From a virus (Duplodnaviria; Heunggongvirae; Uroviricota; Caudoviricetes): a DNA stretch of 64,000 bases. Of this stretch, positions 1 to 9,438 are shown piece by piece. The position numbers were made by a program, and so were the translations under genes. The notes below the pieces were generated by a model, which saw nothing but the letters and a program-made list of their open reading frames with translations, was not told the DNA's origin and did not search any database. The stretch spans positions 1 to 64,000 of the IMG/VR virus record IMGVR_UViG_3300044825_003843, one strand, 5' to 3'. Within the stretch, counting starts at the first letter, position 1. Each line of letters begins with the position of its first letter.

Positions 1-25
1 TCTACAATTCCGATTTTCTTGTTCA

Positions 26-343
26 TTATAACTTATTTAATATCCATGAAACTCTTCCCCACAGATTTTGTTGTCCTTCGTATCTTCTAATCTTGAAACA
101 AACCTTATCTGTCAACACAACAAGGTCTCCCTCCACAGGGTCAATAGATTTGTCTATGACAAGAATATTCCCTTTCTTTACACCGAGGGAATCGGGACCC
201 ATATACCTAAAATAAAATGTGGTATGAACGTTTTCGATAATCAGTTCATTAAGGTCTAACCTCTTGTCTACATACGACTCCGCAGGTGAAGCAAATCCTG
301 TTGTCCTTGACTTGATTTGAAGTTCCTTCTCTGTAGTATACAT
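26..343 (-). CDS. umuD: UmuD-like S24 peptidase (LexA C-terminal domain family)
   Basis: FASPAESYVDKRLDLNELIIENVHTTFYFRYMGPDSL closely parallels E. coli UmuD [36 protein letters not shown]; Ser (GPDSL) and Lys (FKIRR) of the catalytic dyad present. Confidence 0.75.
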   Translation of the reverse strand: MYTTEKELQIKSRTTGFASPAESYVDKRLDLNELIIENVHTTFYFRYMGPDSLGVKKGNILVIDKSIDPVEGDLVVLTDKVCFKIRRYEGQQNLWGRVSWILNKL

Positions 344-425
344 GATACAAATATAATAAAAAATTGTGACGATAAAAAGATATTGAACTGTTAGACAACC
401 AAAACTTTTTTGTTATATTTCCTAA

Positions 426-1202
426 ATGAAGACAATTAGACAATCACTGACTGAAATAGTTAACTTTGATTTTGTTAATGCATCACAAAAAGAAATTGAA
501 AATATACTTCCGACCTTTGGAATGAACAATGAATACATTAGTGAAATACCTCCCATGTTCTCGAAATATATGGGATGGGGCATTAAATTTTGGCAATACC
601 CAAACCAACTTAGTAAATTACTTTGTCATTTGAAAGGAAAGAAAATTAATTCATACTTAGAAATTGGTGTAAGGTATGGTGGTACATTTGTTTTAATAAA
701 CGAATTACTTAAAAGATATAATAACTACGTGGAATCTCATTGTGTCGATGTTATTCCTGCTTCTGAAATATTACACACCTATCAACATGAATTTGCAAGA
801 GATAGGTTTTATTATCACCAAACCCCATCACACAGTTCTACTTTCTTTGATACACTTACTGGTGTTGACCAAATATCTGTCGCCATTACTACAAAAAAAA
901 TTGATTTAGTATTCATCGACGGATGCCACACCTATCCTTGTGTTAAACAAGATTATGTAACCGCACTTATCTTAGGTGCAAAATACATTATCTTTCACGA
1001 CATAAGTAACACTAACTCGGAAAGTACTAGATTGATTTGGAGTGAAGTCAAAAAAAATCACAAGAAGACCTATGAATTTATTGACCAATATGAAGGTATG
1101 GACGCTAATTACTTAGGTATTGGACTTGTAGAAGTTTCACCTGAGGATGCAGTATTTCCGATGTTCGAATCAAATTATCCAGGTGTCGAGTTGTCGTTGT
1201 AA
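426..1202 (+). CDS. class I SAM-dependent methyltransferase, CmcI/cephalosporin-hydroxylase-like (sugar O-methyltransferase family)
   Basis: WQYPNQLSKLL...YLEIGVRYGGTFVL (motif I) and DLVFIDGCH match CmcI-family signature (Q.P.....IIE.G...GGS ... LVFIDSDH). Confidence 0.6.
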   Translation: MKTIRQSLTEIVNFDFVNASQKEIENILPTFGMNNEYISEIPPMFSKYMGWGIKFWQYPNQLSKLLCHLKGKKINSYLEIGVRYGGTFVLINELLKRYNNYVESHCVDVIPASEILHTYQHEFARDRFYYHQTPSHSSTFFDTLTGVDQISVAITTKKIDLVFIDGCHTYPCVKQDYVTALILGAKYIIFHDISNTNSESTRLIWSEVKKNHKKTYEFIDQYEGMDANYLGIGLVEVSPEDAVFPMFESNYPGVELSL

Positions 1203-2440
1203 TATTCTTCTATTTCCTCTGAGAAATTATCTTCGATGTATTTGGTTATATATGGGGCAAGTTTCTCCCTCATTTTCATTATTTCTTCATAGTTTTCCTC
1301 TCCTGAAGAAAGAGAAATTTCTCTAACAACATTGAAAATAATTCTTTCCATGTATTCGTCATAACTATTAAATGACCATGGTGCCAACCATTCATAGGTA
1401 TTTCTTATAAAATTAGGTAACATCTCAAACAATCTTCTTTTGAGATAAACAGGAATTACCGATTCTGTAACTAAATCATTGTTTGTACCACAGTGAGGAC
1501 AGATTGGTAAAGACTTTTTTCCTTTATGAATTGTTTGTGTAAACTTCTTTTTGCAGTTAACACACTTGACCCACTCCTCTCCTGATTTTTTTTCTTCCTT
1601 GATATTAATTTTGATTTTAACTTTGGTAACCTTTGGAGTTATACCTAAAAGTCTACAAACAGACAATCTTGTGTTTCCCGCAACTAAGTATGGTGGATGG
1701 TTGTCTGCGTATGCAACTATAGGTGTTTCAACTATTCCTCCATTTTTGAGCGGTTCCATCGAATGTTTAATTATCCTTTCCTCACTCCTACCCCATTGCC
1801 CATGTATAATATCGAACAAATCTTTATATGTTTCTATTGTCCAACTATCCGTATTTTCCATCTTCGACCATTCTTCATCAGTTAATGATTTCACATCAGC
1901 CCTTTCATAAGCACTATGAATATCATCAATAAGTTTGTCTAATTGTTTATTTGAAAAATGCTCAAAGTTTACTTGAAGAACGTCGTCTTGTAACCAATTA
2001 AGAAAATGATTCATAAATTCGTTTTCTTCCGTTTGGAACTCAGGTTTGACCCATTCGATTTTTTTTTCTTCTGAATTTTCATTAAGATTATCTACGTTTT
2101 TTCTATTCAAAATTTTAATAGACCTCAAAATCTGTTCATATTTTTCTCGACTGAGACTGAATTGACCCTCATTTGTCCAATATTGTATTGCTTCAGGTTT
2201 TGGATGTTTGATTGCATCGTAAACCCATTCTTGACCTTGTTCAGGATTTTTCAAGTTCCATAATGTAACTATATTCGAATCCCCTTCCCAATTTGATGGA
2301 ACTAATTCACCATTTACATGTGGTTCGGTGACCCACAAAACACCTTTGTTAACCAAATCAGAAAAATCAAATATTTCTCTTTCGGATTCACTTAAACCCA
2401 TCATCTCTTTAATTCTTAATATGTTTTCTTGTAAGTTCAT
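1175..2440 (-). CDS. hypothetical protein with conserved N-terminal MNLQENILRIKEMMG leader and C4 zinc ribbon (family member 1 of 3)
   Basis: Track ORF 1175..2518; conserved leader starts at internal Met (ATG 2438-2440); CVNCKKK...CPHCG zinc ribbon; start chosen by paralog alignment. Confidence 0.55.
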   Translation of the reverse strand: MNLQENILRIKEMMGLSESEREIFDFSDLVNKGVLWVTEPHVNGELVPSNWEGDSNIVTLWNLKNPEQGQEWVYDAIKHPKPEAIQYWTNEGQFSLSREKYEQILRSIKILNRKNVDNLNENSEEKKIEWVKPEFQTEENEFMNHFLNWLQDDVLQVNFEHFSNKQLDKLIDDIHSAYERADVKSLTDEEWSKMENTDSWTIETYKDLFDIIHGQWGRSEERIIKHSMEPLKNGGIVETPIVAYADNHPPYLVAGNTRLSVCRLLGITPKVTKVKIKINIKEEKKSGEEWVKCVNCKKKFTQTIHKGKKSLPICPHCGTNNDLVTESVIPVYLKRRLFEMLPNFIRNTYEWLAPWSFNSYDEYMERIIFNVVREISLSSGEENYEEIMKMREKLAPYITKYIEDNFSEEIEEYYNDNSTPG

Positions 2441-2441
2441 A

Positions 2442-3587
2442 TTATTTTTCACTTCGATAAATAACTTTGAATCTTTGTTTTTCCTCAATAGGTAATTCCA
2501 ACTTTTCGAACTTTTCATTTTCTACTTGGAATCTTTCTTCATCTTTGTATTTCCACTGACCATAAAAAGAATAAACTTTACCAGTTGTGGTATCAACTAC
2601 AGTATCTCCACCTCTCGGTTCTAACCCTTCATATTTTTTGATTTTATCTTCTATAGACATTTCAGGGTTTTCCTCTAAACTATCAAACCAATTCGTAAAA
2701 TCTTCACCCAACTTTTCTTTTAATTCAGGTGATATTCGTACAGATTTTTTATCGGTAAATTTATTCGATACAAAATCATTAAATATTTTTTTAACATCTT
2801 CGTTAATGTTTTCATCTATAACCAACACATGTTGTTGTAACAATAAAGACATCAAATTATAATCAGGGTTTGATAATAAATCTTGATATATCATTTTAAT
2901 TTCCGCCGAACTCCCCATACCACTTGTAATGTATCCAAGTTTCCTAATCATCGCCAAATAAATTAAAGTTCCTAATTTTTTTCCTCTTAATTTTTCGGGT
3001 ACTCCTTTATAAAAATGAATCCTATTTTGCGAAGGTTCCAAGTTCACGTAAGTTGTTCTATCTTTAACATCTAATTCTTTAGCACATTCGTAAGGAAATT
3101 TAATTCTATAAACCTTACCACCTTCCTGAGTAACACCATAAGCTCTTTCTAAAGATTTTTCATCTTTAGCTACCAGTGGACCAATAATTTCGAAATTGGA
3201 GGGGTCACAATTCACAACTTCAGATTTTGGTTTTTGTTTTCCCCTCAAACCATAATAATCCGAAAATATTGAATACAGCAATGAGTTGAATTTTTTTGAA
3301 CCATGGGATATCATATAGTTCAGGTATTTGTTGTCTAAATTTTGTAAATCTTTAGATAAAACAGGTTTCTTTACAAATGGGTCTTTATCAATTACAACTG
3401 AGTTTTTGAATTTAACAAAATCACCATCAGATGATTGTAGTTTATCTTGTAATAAATTTGAAATCTCCTTCTTGTATTTAGGAAAATTTTTTATATTCAT
3501 CATAACATAAGAATCTGATGGTACATCTAAGGTTTCATTGATACCCATCATTTCCTTAATCCTTTGTATGTTTTCTTGTAGGTTCAT
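2442..3587 (-). CDS. hypothetical protein with MNLQENIQRIKEMMG leader (family member 2), possible GNAT-like motif
   Basis: Track ORF 2442..3608; leader at internal Met; 1-nt spacing to neighbours; RGKKLGTLIYLAMIRKLGY resembles acetyltransferase motif A (weak). Confidence 0.5.
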   Translation of the reverse strand: MNLQENIQRIKEMMGINETLDVPSDSYVMMNIKNFPKYKKEISNLLQDKLQSSDGDFVKFKNSVVIDKDPFVKKPVLSKDLQNLDNKYLNYMISHGSKKFNSLLYSIFSDYYGLRGKQKPKSEVVNCDPSNFEIIGPLVAKDEKSLERAYGVTQEGGKVYRIKFPYECAKELDVKDRTTYVNLEPSQNRIHFYKGVPEKLRGKKLGTLIYLAMIRKLGYITSGMGSSAEIKMIYQDLLSNPDYNLMSLLLQQHVLVIDENINEDVKKIFNDFVSNKFTDKKSVRISPELKEKLGEDFTNWFDSLEENPEMSIEDKIKKYEGLEPRGGDTVVDTTTGKVYSFYGQWKYKDEERFQVENEKFEKLELPIEEKQRFKVIYRSEK

Positions 3588-3588
3588 A

Positions 3589-4065
3589 TTACTTTTTCTT
3601 TTTAACACAATTGGGGTATCTTTTACCGAACATTGTTTTCATTCCTTTCTGAGTATATCCTTTCCAACATCTCTCAGTAATTTCTGATTCGTTCTGTTCT
3701 TCTTTCATATCTGAATCTGACATATATTCGGAACAAGTTGTTTGGTAAATATCAATCAAATACTGACCAAAGAAAATTCTTGACATACTTCTCAAATAAT
3801 CCATAACATCACTAATGTAGTCCTGCTCGAATATGTTTTCGTCCACATCATCCAATAATTTATCAACTGCATAATCAATTACAGCGTCTGCATATTCATA
3901 TCCATCCTCAAAATCATCACACAGAGTTGGATATTCTACTTCTGCTCTGAATATATATTCTTTCAGTGTCTCACGATTAGCTCTCCTTTTAATTGAGTTT
4001 GGAATAGTGGACTCAGTTATACCCATCATCTCTTTAATCCTATGTATGTTTTCTTGTAAGTTCAT
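3589..4065 (-). CDS. hypothetical acidic protein with MNLQENIHRIKEMMG leader (family member 3)
   Basis: Track ORF 3589..4149; leader begins at internal Met (ATG 4063-4065); nucleotide sequence atgaacttacaagaaaacat conserved in all three. Confidence 0.5.
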   Translation of the reverse strand: MNLQENIHRIKEMMGITESTIPNSIKRRANRETLKEYIFRAEVEYPTLCDDFEDGYEYADAVIDYAVDKLLDDVDENIFEQDYISDVMDYLRSMSRIFFGQYLIDIYQTTCSEYMSDSDMKEEQNESEITERCWKGYTQKGMKTMFGKRYPNCVKKKK

Positions 4066-4116
4066 ATTATGTCTATAAAGATAAATATCTTTGTATTTAT
4101 TACTAAACAAAGCTAA

Positions 4117-4503
4117 ATGCGATATATTATAAGTCCATCTCAATTTCATTCCTTGGTTTACAGATACCTTACGGAAATTTTCTCAAAAGAAGATTTCAGG
4201 AATTACAAAAACCCTCATGTTGAAGATGGTAGCGTATGGAGAGTTGAAATTCATACTGACGACGGGGAACGTTCAATGAGTTATTTTTGGTATGGTCCTG
4301 GTGAAGACGACGATGGAAATCTACATAATGGTATGGGTAGTCTTTACATTGACTCCAATTTGGTCGACAACCTAAGAATAAATCTTAACGTAAGAGAAAG
4401 TAAAATAATTGATATTCTTGCAGATTGGGTTAGTGAAAAATTGAATGTTGAAATAGATGAAGTAGGTATTACTCGTGAACCTGGTAATCGTTCAGTTTAT
4501 TAA
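4117..4503 (+). CDS. hypothetical protein
   Basis: 128-aa ORF, strand switch island, no recognisable motif. Confidence 0.4.
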   Translation: MRYIISPSQFHSLVYRYLTEIFSKEDFRNYKNPHVEDGSVWRVEIHTDDGERSMSYFWYGPGEDDDGNLHNGMGSLYIDSNLVDNLRINLNVRESKIIDILADWVSEKLNVEIDEVGITREPGNRSVY

Positions 4504-4507
4504 TTTC

Positions 4508-4846
4508 CTATTTCTCCAATCTTTGAGTTGAGTTTCCCGAAAGGTCTTTGAATTGAACACCAAAAAACGTTTGACTTGCCCTTTTAACTCCAAAGTTTTC
4601 TACAACCCACTCTCTGATTATTTTTTTCAAGTCTCTGATGTCATCAAAGAAAAATGTGTTAGTGATATGGTCAATAATACTTTTGTCGATTACGACTCTG
4701 TTAGGATAAATTGTCATCATCACTTGACCGTCTACGTATATATTTCTACCATCGCCTTCGAACTTCATTTTGTAACCCGTAAAGTTATCCGCCAAAATAT
4801 TATAAATCAATGAATCAGATTGACCTTCGGTGATGATAATTTTCAT
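4508..4846 (-). CDS. hypothetical protein
   Basis: 112-aa ORF. Confidence 0.4.
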   Translation of the reverse strand: MKIIITEGQSDSLIYNILADNFTGYKMKFEGDGRNIYVDGQVMMTIYPNRVVIDKSIIDHITNTFFFDDIRDLKKIIREWVVENFGVKRASQTFFGVQFKDLSGNSTQRLEK

Positions 4847-4864
4847 ATCTTATAAATAGATATA

Positions 4865-5152
4865 TTAAGAAAAAGAATCATGTCCATTTTTAATAACTGC
4901 TTCCAAAATACCTATGGATTCTTTATCTTTTTTACTTTTATTTGGTTTCGATTTGAGTTCTCTCAGGGTTCTTTGTAAATCGTTCTCAGGTTTTTTTGTA
5001 GGTTTTGGTTTTACTTGAGTGACCTTGTTCGGTTTGACCTGTTTAAGTTTTTGATATGAAAATTCGTCCTCGAATAATATCTTGTAAACTTTAGCAGTGA
5101 TTATTGGGTCTTTGAGAAGGAGTTTGAGTGTAAGGTATTGTAATAGTTTCAT
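4865..5152 (-). CDS. hypothetical lysine-rich protein
   Basis: 95-aa ORF, K/P-rich C-terminal half. Confidence 0.35.
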   Translation of the reverse strand: MKLLQYLTLKLLLKDPIITAKVYKILFEDEFSYQKLKQVKPNKVTQVKPKPTKKPENDLQRTLRELKSKPNKSKKDKESIGILEAVIKNGHDSFS

Positions 5153-5181
5153 ACCACAAATATACTAAATTAAATTCTAAA

Positions 5182-5529
5182 TTACTTATCGAAATAAAGT
5201 TGGTAAAGTGTAGTTTTCTCCCTCTTCAATGGGATTTTTTCGATTTTAACTTTTTTTGGTAATTTACTTATTAGAGAAATCCAAGCTCTTTCCGCCTCTT
5301 CACTACGAAACACTGAATTTATTTTTATTGATGGTATCTCAGAAAGTAATTTCAAAATTGCTCTTTGATACAACCCCTTTCCTCTAAAACTTGGTATTAT
5401 GTTTGCATCAATGATAGTAAATTCATTACCCCTGACATCTTTTTCTAATGTCATATACCCAACTTCTTCCTCATCTTGAATTAGAGAAACATTCAAACCA
5501 AAATCATCTCTAATAATTTCTATATCCAT
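5182..5529 (-). CDS. small GNAT-like acetyltransferase (putative)
   Basis: SFRGKGLYQRAILKLL resembles GNAT motif A (R-x-x-G-x-G/A). Confidence 0.35.
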   Translation of the reverse strand: MDIEIIRDDFGLNVSLIQDEEEVGYMTLEKDVRGNEFTIIDANIIPSFRGKGLYQRAILKLLSEIPSIKINSVFRSEEAERAWISLISKLPKKVKIEKIPLKREKTTLYQLYFDK

Positions 5530-5549
5530 ATTGATAAATATTTAATAGT

Positions 5550-5819
5550 ATGTATTACATTATAACAGAGGAACAGGTAAAAAGATTAGTCAAAGGTTGG
5601 AAAGTCAGTGAAGGACAGTTAACAAAAACTTTCAATTTCAAAACTTATAAAGATGTTTTGAAATTTGTTAATAAGGTAGGTTCAATTGCTGAAAAACAAA
5701 ACCATCATCCTGAAATGTTAGTTAAATATAATTCAGTAAAAGTTTCACTGTTTGACCACGGAGCCAATAAAGTTTCGGACAAATGCCACAAGTTAGCCGA
5801 CCTAATCAATAAGACCTAA
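5550..5819 (+). CDS. pterin-4-alpha-carbinolamine dehydratase (PCD/DCoH family)
   Basis: FNFKTYKDVLKFVNKVGSIAEKQNHHPEMLVKYNSVKVSLFDHGANKVSDKCHKLADLI matches PCD core (F.F..F..A..F..V...AE...HHP......Y..V...L.TH). Confidence 0.7.
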   Translation: MYYIITEEQVKRLVKGWKVSEGQLTKTFNFKTYKDVLKFVNKVGSIAEKQNHHPEMLVKYNSVKVSLFDHGANKVSDKCHKLADLINKT

Positions 5820-6007
5820 GTCTTTTCTTTCGGTATCAACCTAAAGGTACATGCACGTTTACCGTTGATGGTCGGCATACCATATTCATCAATTCCTATT
5901 GTTTTAACTGTCGTCTTCTTGTTTTTGAATCTCCCTGTATAAATTACATCACCAACATTCAAAGGCACAAATATACCCGATATTCTATTTTTATTATCTT
6001 CTTTCAT
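5816..6007 (-). CDS. hypothetical protein
   Basis: 63-aa ORF overlapping PCD stop by 4 nt. Confidence 0.3.
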   Translation of the reverse strand: MKEDNKNRISGIFVPLNVGDVIYTGRFKNKKTTVKTIGIDEYGMPTINGKRACTFRLIPKEKT

Positions 6008-6262
6008 TTAATTAATGATTTTTATTTACTCACTGAATTAAAAATTTAATATTAATATATGATTAAAAAAATATTGTTTTTCCTGTTGATAGTATCCTTA
6101 TTTTCTTCATGTTTCATAATGAAGAAAAGGGATTATTATACAAATTACAAAAAGAATGGTAGAAATCTAACCAAAGGGAGAAGTTCTTGTAATATGTTCC
6201 CATACCCAATCAAGGAAATGAGAAAATCTCGTTAATTGAAAAAGAAAACGAATACTGTTTTG

Positions 6263-6454
6263 TTAATAGAAAGTTTTTTTCTTTTTCTTCCTGTTAACCA
6301 TTAACTCTATGGTATATCCTATGAAATAAGAGACAATTAGAGCAAATCCCCAAAATATTTTGTCCCTCCAATCCATTTTAATCCAACTAACTAAAAAGTA
6401 TGCTCCGACAATTATCAGTATCCCAACGATAAGTCTTCCTATATGATGTAACAT
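6263..6454 (-). CDS. small membrane protein
   Basis: two hydrophobic helices (LIVGILIIVGAYFLVSW ; IFWGFALIVSYFIGYTI). Confidence 0.35.
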   Translation of the reverse strand: MLHHIGRLIVGILIIVGAYFLVSWIKMDWRDKIFWGFALIVSYFIGYTIELMVNRKKKKKTFY

Positions 6455-6491
6455 CGGATTTTAGTTTTTTTATGAATATAAAGATACAAAT

Positions 6492-6779
6492 TTAGATTAT
6501 GATAATCAATTTGTCATCGTGTAAAACTATTTGACCATCTTTGGTCTCCAATTCACAAATTGTATTTTCATCAATGAGTTTCGAAAGTAAAAATTCAGTG
6601 ATAGGATAATAATCTATAAACCCAACTTCTAAGTTATTACCAACTTTATTTGTGTATTTTACGTATCCTACTTGGTTAGGTAAGTTTTCCCCTTTGTTAG
6701 GTTTGAAGAAGATATACGAACCCTCCTGAACCAAATATCCTTTAATCTTCCCCGTAGATAGTTTTTTTGTATTTTTCAT
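6492..6779 (-). CDS. hypothetical protein
   Basis: 95-aa ORF. Confidence 0.35.
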   Translation of the reverse strand: MKNTKKLSTGKIKGYLVQEGSYIFFKPNKGENLPNQVGYVKYTNKVGNNLEVGFIDYYPITEFLLSKLIDENTICELETKDGQIVLHDDKLIIII

Positions 6780-7146
6780 TTTCTTTCTCGAACTTTTTGA
6801 ACATTATACCACTCAAAATATTAGCTAAATTTTCGTCAGGACCACCTATATTTTGTTTCTTTTCCTTCTCAGTTAGACCTAATTTTTGGTGTTGGTATTC
6901 ATGAACCCACTCATGAGTAATTGTTCTAAGTATGTCAACTAAAAGTCTGTCTTTTGCCAAAACAATAATCCCCATAGGCCTCATTCTCAGACCTGTTGTC
7001 ATATTAAATTGTCTGTTGTCTGTAAATTGAATATTGACCCCTTGTGATAATGGTAATTGTTTTTGAAGGAAAACAATAAACTCTTTTATCACTTCCGTTT
7101 CCTCGGAGTTGAAAAAGTTTCTTATATTTTTGAGTGGTAATTTCAC
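6742..7146 (-). CDS. putative zinc metallopeptidase (HExxH motif)
   Basis: ITHEWVHEYQH contains HExxH plus downstream His. Confidence 0.35.
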   Translation of the reverse strand: MKLPLKNIRNFFNSEETEVIKEFIVFLQKQLPLSQGVNIQFTDNRQFNMTTGLRMRPMGIIVLAKDRLLVDILRTITHEWVHEYQHQKLGLTEKEKKQNIGGPDENLANILSGIMFKKFEKENEKYKKTIYGED

Positions 7147-7186
7147 AAATATAAATACAAATATTTGTGGTTTAATTTCAACTAAC

Positions 7187-8275
7187 CTATTTTATCTTAT
7201 CCACTAATTTTAATGCAGAAGCAATAATTTGGTGCATATCGTAGTAAATATAATTTGCCAATCTACCTCCAAAGAAAATGTTTTTTTCTTTTTTTGATAA
7301 CTCGGAATATTTCTCATAGAGTGAGCTGTTTACTGAGTCTCTTATTGGATAGTATGGTTCATTATATCCTGTGTAGTTTTCTGGGTATTCATAACTCACA
7401 ATTGTACCTTTTTGTTGTTGGAAATCAAACCATTTGTGTTCTACTATTCTTGTGTAAGGGATGTCTTTGTCGGTATAGTTCATAACAGGCACACCTTGAA
7501 AGTTATCGTCCTCCAAATGTTTTTCTTCCCATCTTAAACTTCTGTATTCTAACTTTCCGAATCTGTAGTCGTAAAATCTATCAATTTCTCCTGTGAATAT
7601 TACTTTACTACATAGTGAATTATATTTCTCCCTACTTTCGAAATAATCGACCCCTAATTCAACATCAATCCCATGCAACATTTTTTCAAATATTTGGGTG
7701 TAACCACCTATTGGCATTCCAACGTATTTGTCATCGAAATAACTACTGTTCCATGTAAATCTTACAGGTAATCTTTTTATAATATATGAAGGTAACTCAT
7801 CACAAGACTTGTTCCATTGTTTTTCCGTATATCCCTGTATTAATATTCTATATATGTCTTCCCCAACTAATGATTTTGCTTGTTGTTCTAAATTGACAAT
7901 TTCCCCTTTGTATTTTTGATTTTCAATAACATTTCTCGCATCAATTTCGTTATTAACCCCCCATATTTGATTGAAGGTCCACAAATTGAACGGTAAGGAA
8001 TATATTTTGTCTTTATAGTTAGCTAAAACATTATGTGTATATTGTTTGAATTCCGCGAATTGATTTACATAGTCCCATAGGTATTTTTCATTGGTATGAA
8101 AAATATGAGCCCCATGTTTGTGAACATGAATTCCATTGATGTTTTCAGTATAACAATTACCTCCAATAACATTCCTCTTATCAATCACTAAACATTTATA
8201 TCCTAATTTAGTCAATTCATATGCACAAGTTGTGCCGAAAATTCCCGAACCCACAATAAGGAAATCATACATCAT
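7187..8275 (-). CDS. glf: UDP-galactopyranose mutase
   Basis: N-terminal FAD fold DFLIVGSGIFGTTCAYEL...VIDKRNVIGGNCYTE...GIHVHKHGAHIFHTN and near full-length colinearity with bacterial Glf (YTEKQW, RFTWNSSYFDDKYVGMPIGGYT, YTRIVEHKWF, YYPI). Confidence 0.93.
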   Translation of the reverse strand: MMYDFLIVGSGIFGTTCAYELTKLGYKCLVIDKRNVIGGNCYTENINGIHVHKHGAHIFHTNEKYLWDYVNQFAEFKQYTHNVLANYKDKIYSLPFNLWTFNQIWGVNNEIDARNVIENQKYKGEIVNLEQQAKSLVGEDIYRILIQGYTEKQWNKSCDELPSYIIKRLPVRFTWNSSYFDDKYVGMPIGGYTQIFEKMLHGIDVELGVDYFESREKYNSLCSKVIFTGEIDRFYDYRFGKLEYRSLRWEEKHLEDDNFQGVPVMNYTDKDIPYTRIVEHKWFDFQQQKGTIVSYEYPENYTGYNEPYYPIRDSVNSSLYEKYSELSKKEKNIFFGGRLANYIYYDMHQIIASALKLVDKIK

Positions 8276-9438
8276 GAAAAACTAAAAGAAAAACTGTTTA
8301 AATTTATAGTCGGTCTTGATAATTTATTTGTATATGTTTCTTTTAAGGTATTTAACAAGGTACCAGTATTGTGATAAATTCTATCGTCAATCAAAAAACA
8401 AAGATTCGGGTATGGGTTCGGTCTATCAACAGAAGCCATAAATTCTACTAAGTTTAACGCTTCTTGATATCTACCTTGAGCGTCCAAAATTTCTACTTTG
8501 TGGAACAGGTGTTCATTTCTATTAGGACAAAAATCTTCAGCAAAATCAAAATATTTGAATGTTTTGTCTTTTTCACCCATGAATTCATATGCTTGTGCCA
8601 TCAAGATTAGTGCAAAATACGCCATTTCATTATTTGATGTTGCAATTGGGTTTTCAGGTGTCCATCCGTGAACTAACTCCAAATACCTTTCGAAATACCA
8701 TATACCCCTCCTCGCATACTCGTCCGAGTGTTGCTTACCAAAAGCTAATTCATCAGGTCTACCATAACAGTCAGTATAACTTTTTGCAATATACCATAAA
8801 TGATATAAATCATGTTTAACTTTATCACCAACAATGTTATCAATTTCCAATTCTAAAGCATCTCTCAGAAACTTTCTTGGAACGTGCCAAGTTTGCCCAT
8901 CTTGAGAAACCCTGTGTCTAAATGATTGAGGTAAAGTTACTCTTTGGAAGTTTTCACCAATATTGGGTAAATGAATAGTTTCATGTCTTTTATCTAATTG
9001 GAAAAACCAAGGTAATTTAGCGTTCCACATCCATGTTCTCATGTATCTTGTACCTCCATTCACAGCATTAACATTCCAACTCTCTACTTTGGTATCATCT
9101 AATATACTCCAATCAAAATCGTTATCAATCTCTAAAGTTTCGTCCGCATCCATTCTCAAAATCCAGTCACAACCATGGTCAGTTTGTAATGCAACTTGTA
9201 AAGTATGATTCCTATTCCAGCCAGGAAAGTTCCATTCAATAAAATAAGTAAACCCTTTGATTCCTTTTTGTTTAAAAAAGGTGTCAATTATTTCTCTCGT
9301 GTTGTCTCCTTTACCATTACATTGTATTACATAATAATCGATATATGGTGCCACAGACTCCAACATTCTTGTTATTGTCGGGGCTTCATCACCGACCATC
9401 GCATTCAAACAAATTTTAGTTTTTTTATTCATATACAT
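8272..9438 (-). CDS. glycosyltransferase (GT-A/GT2-like N-terminal domain) with C-terminal TPR-like region
   Basis: ICLNAMVGDEAPTITRMLESV...YYVIQCNGKGDNTREII and RMDADE (DxD-like); helical repeat C-terminus. Confidence 0.5.
   Translation of the reverse strand: MYMNKKTKICLNAMVGDEAPTITRMLESVAPYIDYYVIQCNGKGDNTREIIDTFFKQKGIKGFTYFIEWNFPGWNRNHTLQVALQTDHGCDWILRMDADETLEIDNDFDWSILDDTKVESWNVNAVNGGTRYMRTWMWNAKLPWFFQLDKRHETIHLPNIGENFQRVTLPQSFRHRVSQDGQTWHVPRKFLRDALELEIDNIVGDKVKHDLYHLWYIAKSYTDCYGRPDELAFGKQHSDEYARRGIWYFERYLELVHGWTPENPIATSNNEMAYFALILMAQAYEFMGEKDKTFKYFDFAEDFCPNRNEHLFHKVEILDAQGRYQEALNLVEFMASVDRPNPYPNLCFLIDDRIYHNTGTLLNTLKETYTNKLSRPTINLNSFSFSFS

Noticed and set aside
1551-1910. Antisense ORFs nested inside long minus-strand genes (1551..1910, 1697..1885, 2587..2862, 7255..7485, 8589..8819, 9205..9552, 24798..25172, 30777..31088, 50376..50898, 53402..53864 and similar)
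   Set aside because: They lie wholly within better-supported longer genes on the opposite strand, have low-complexity or hydrophobic compositions typical of AT-rich antisense frames, and lack motifs.
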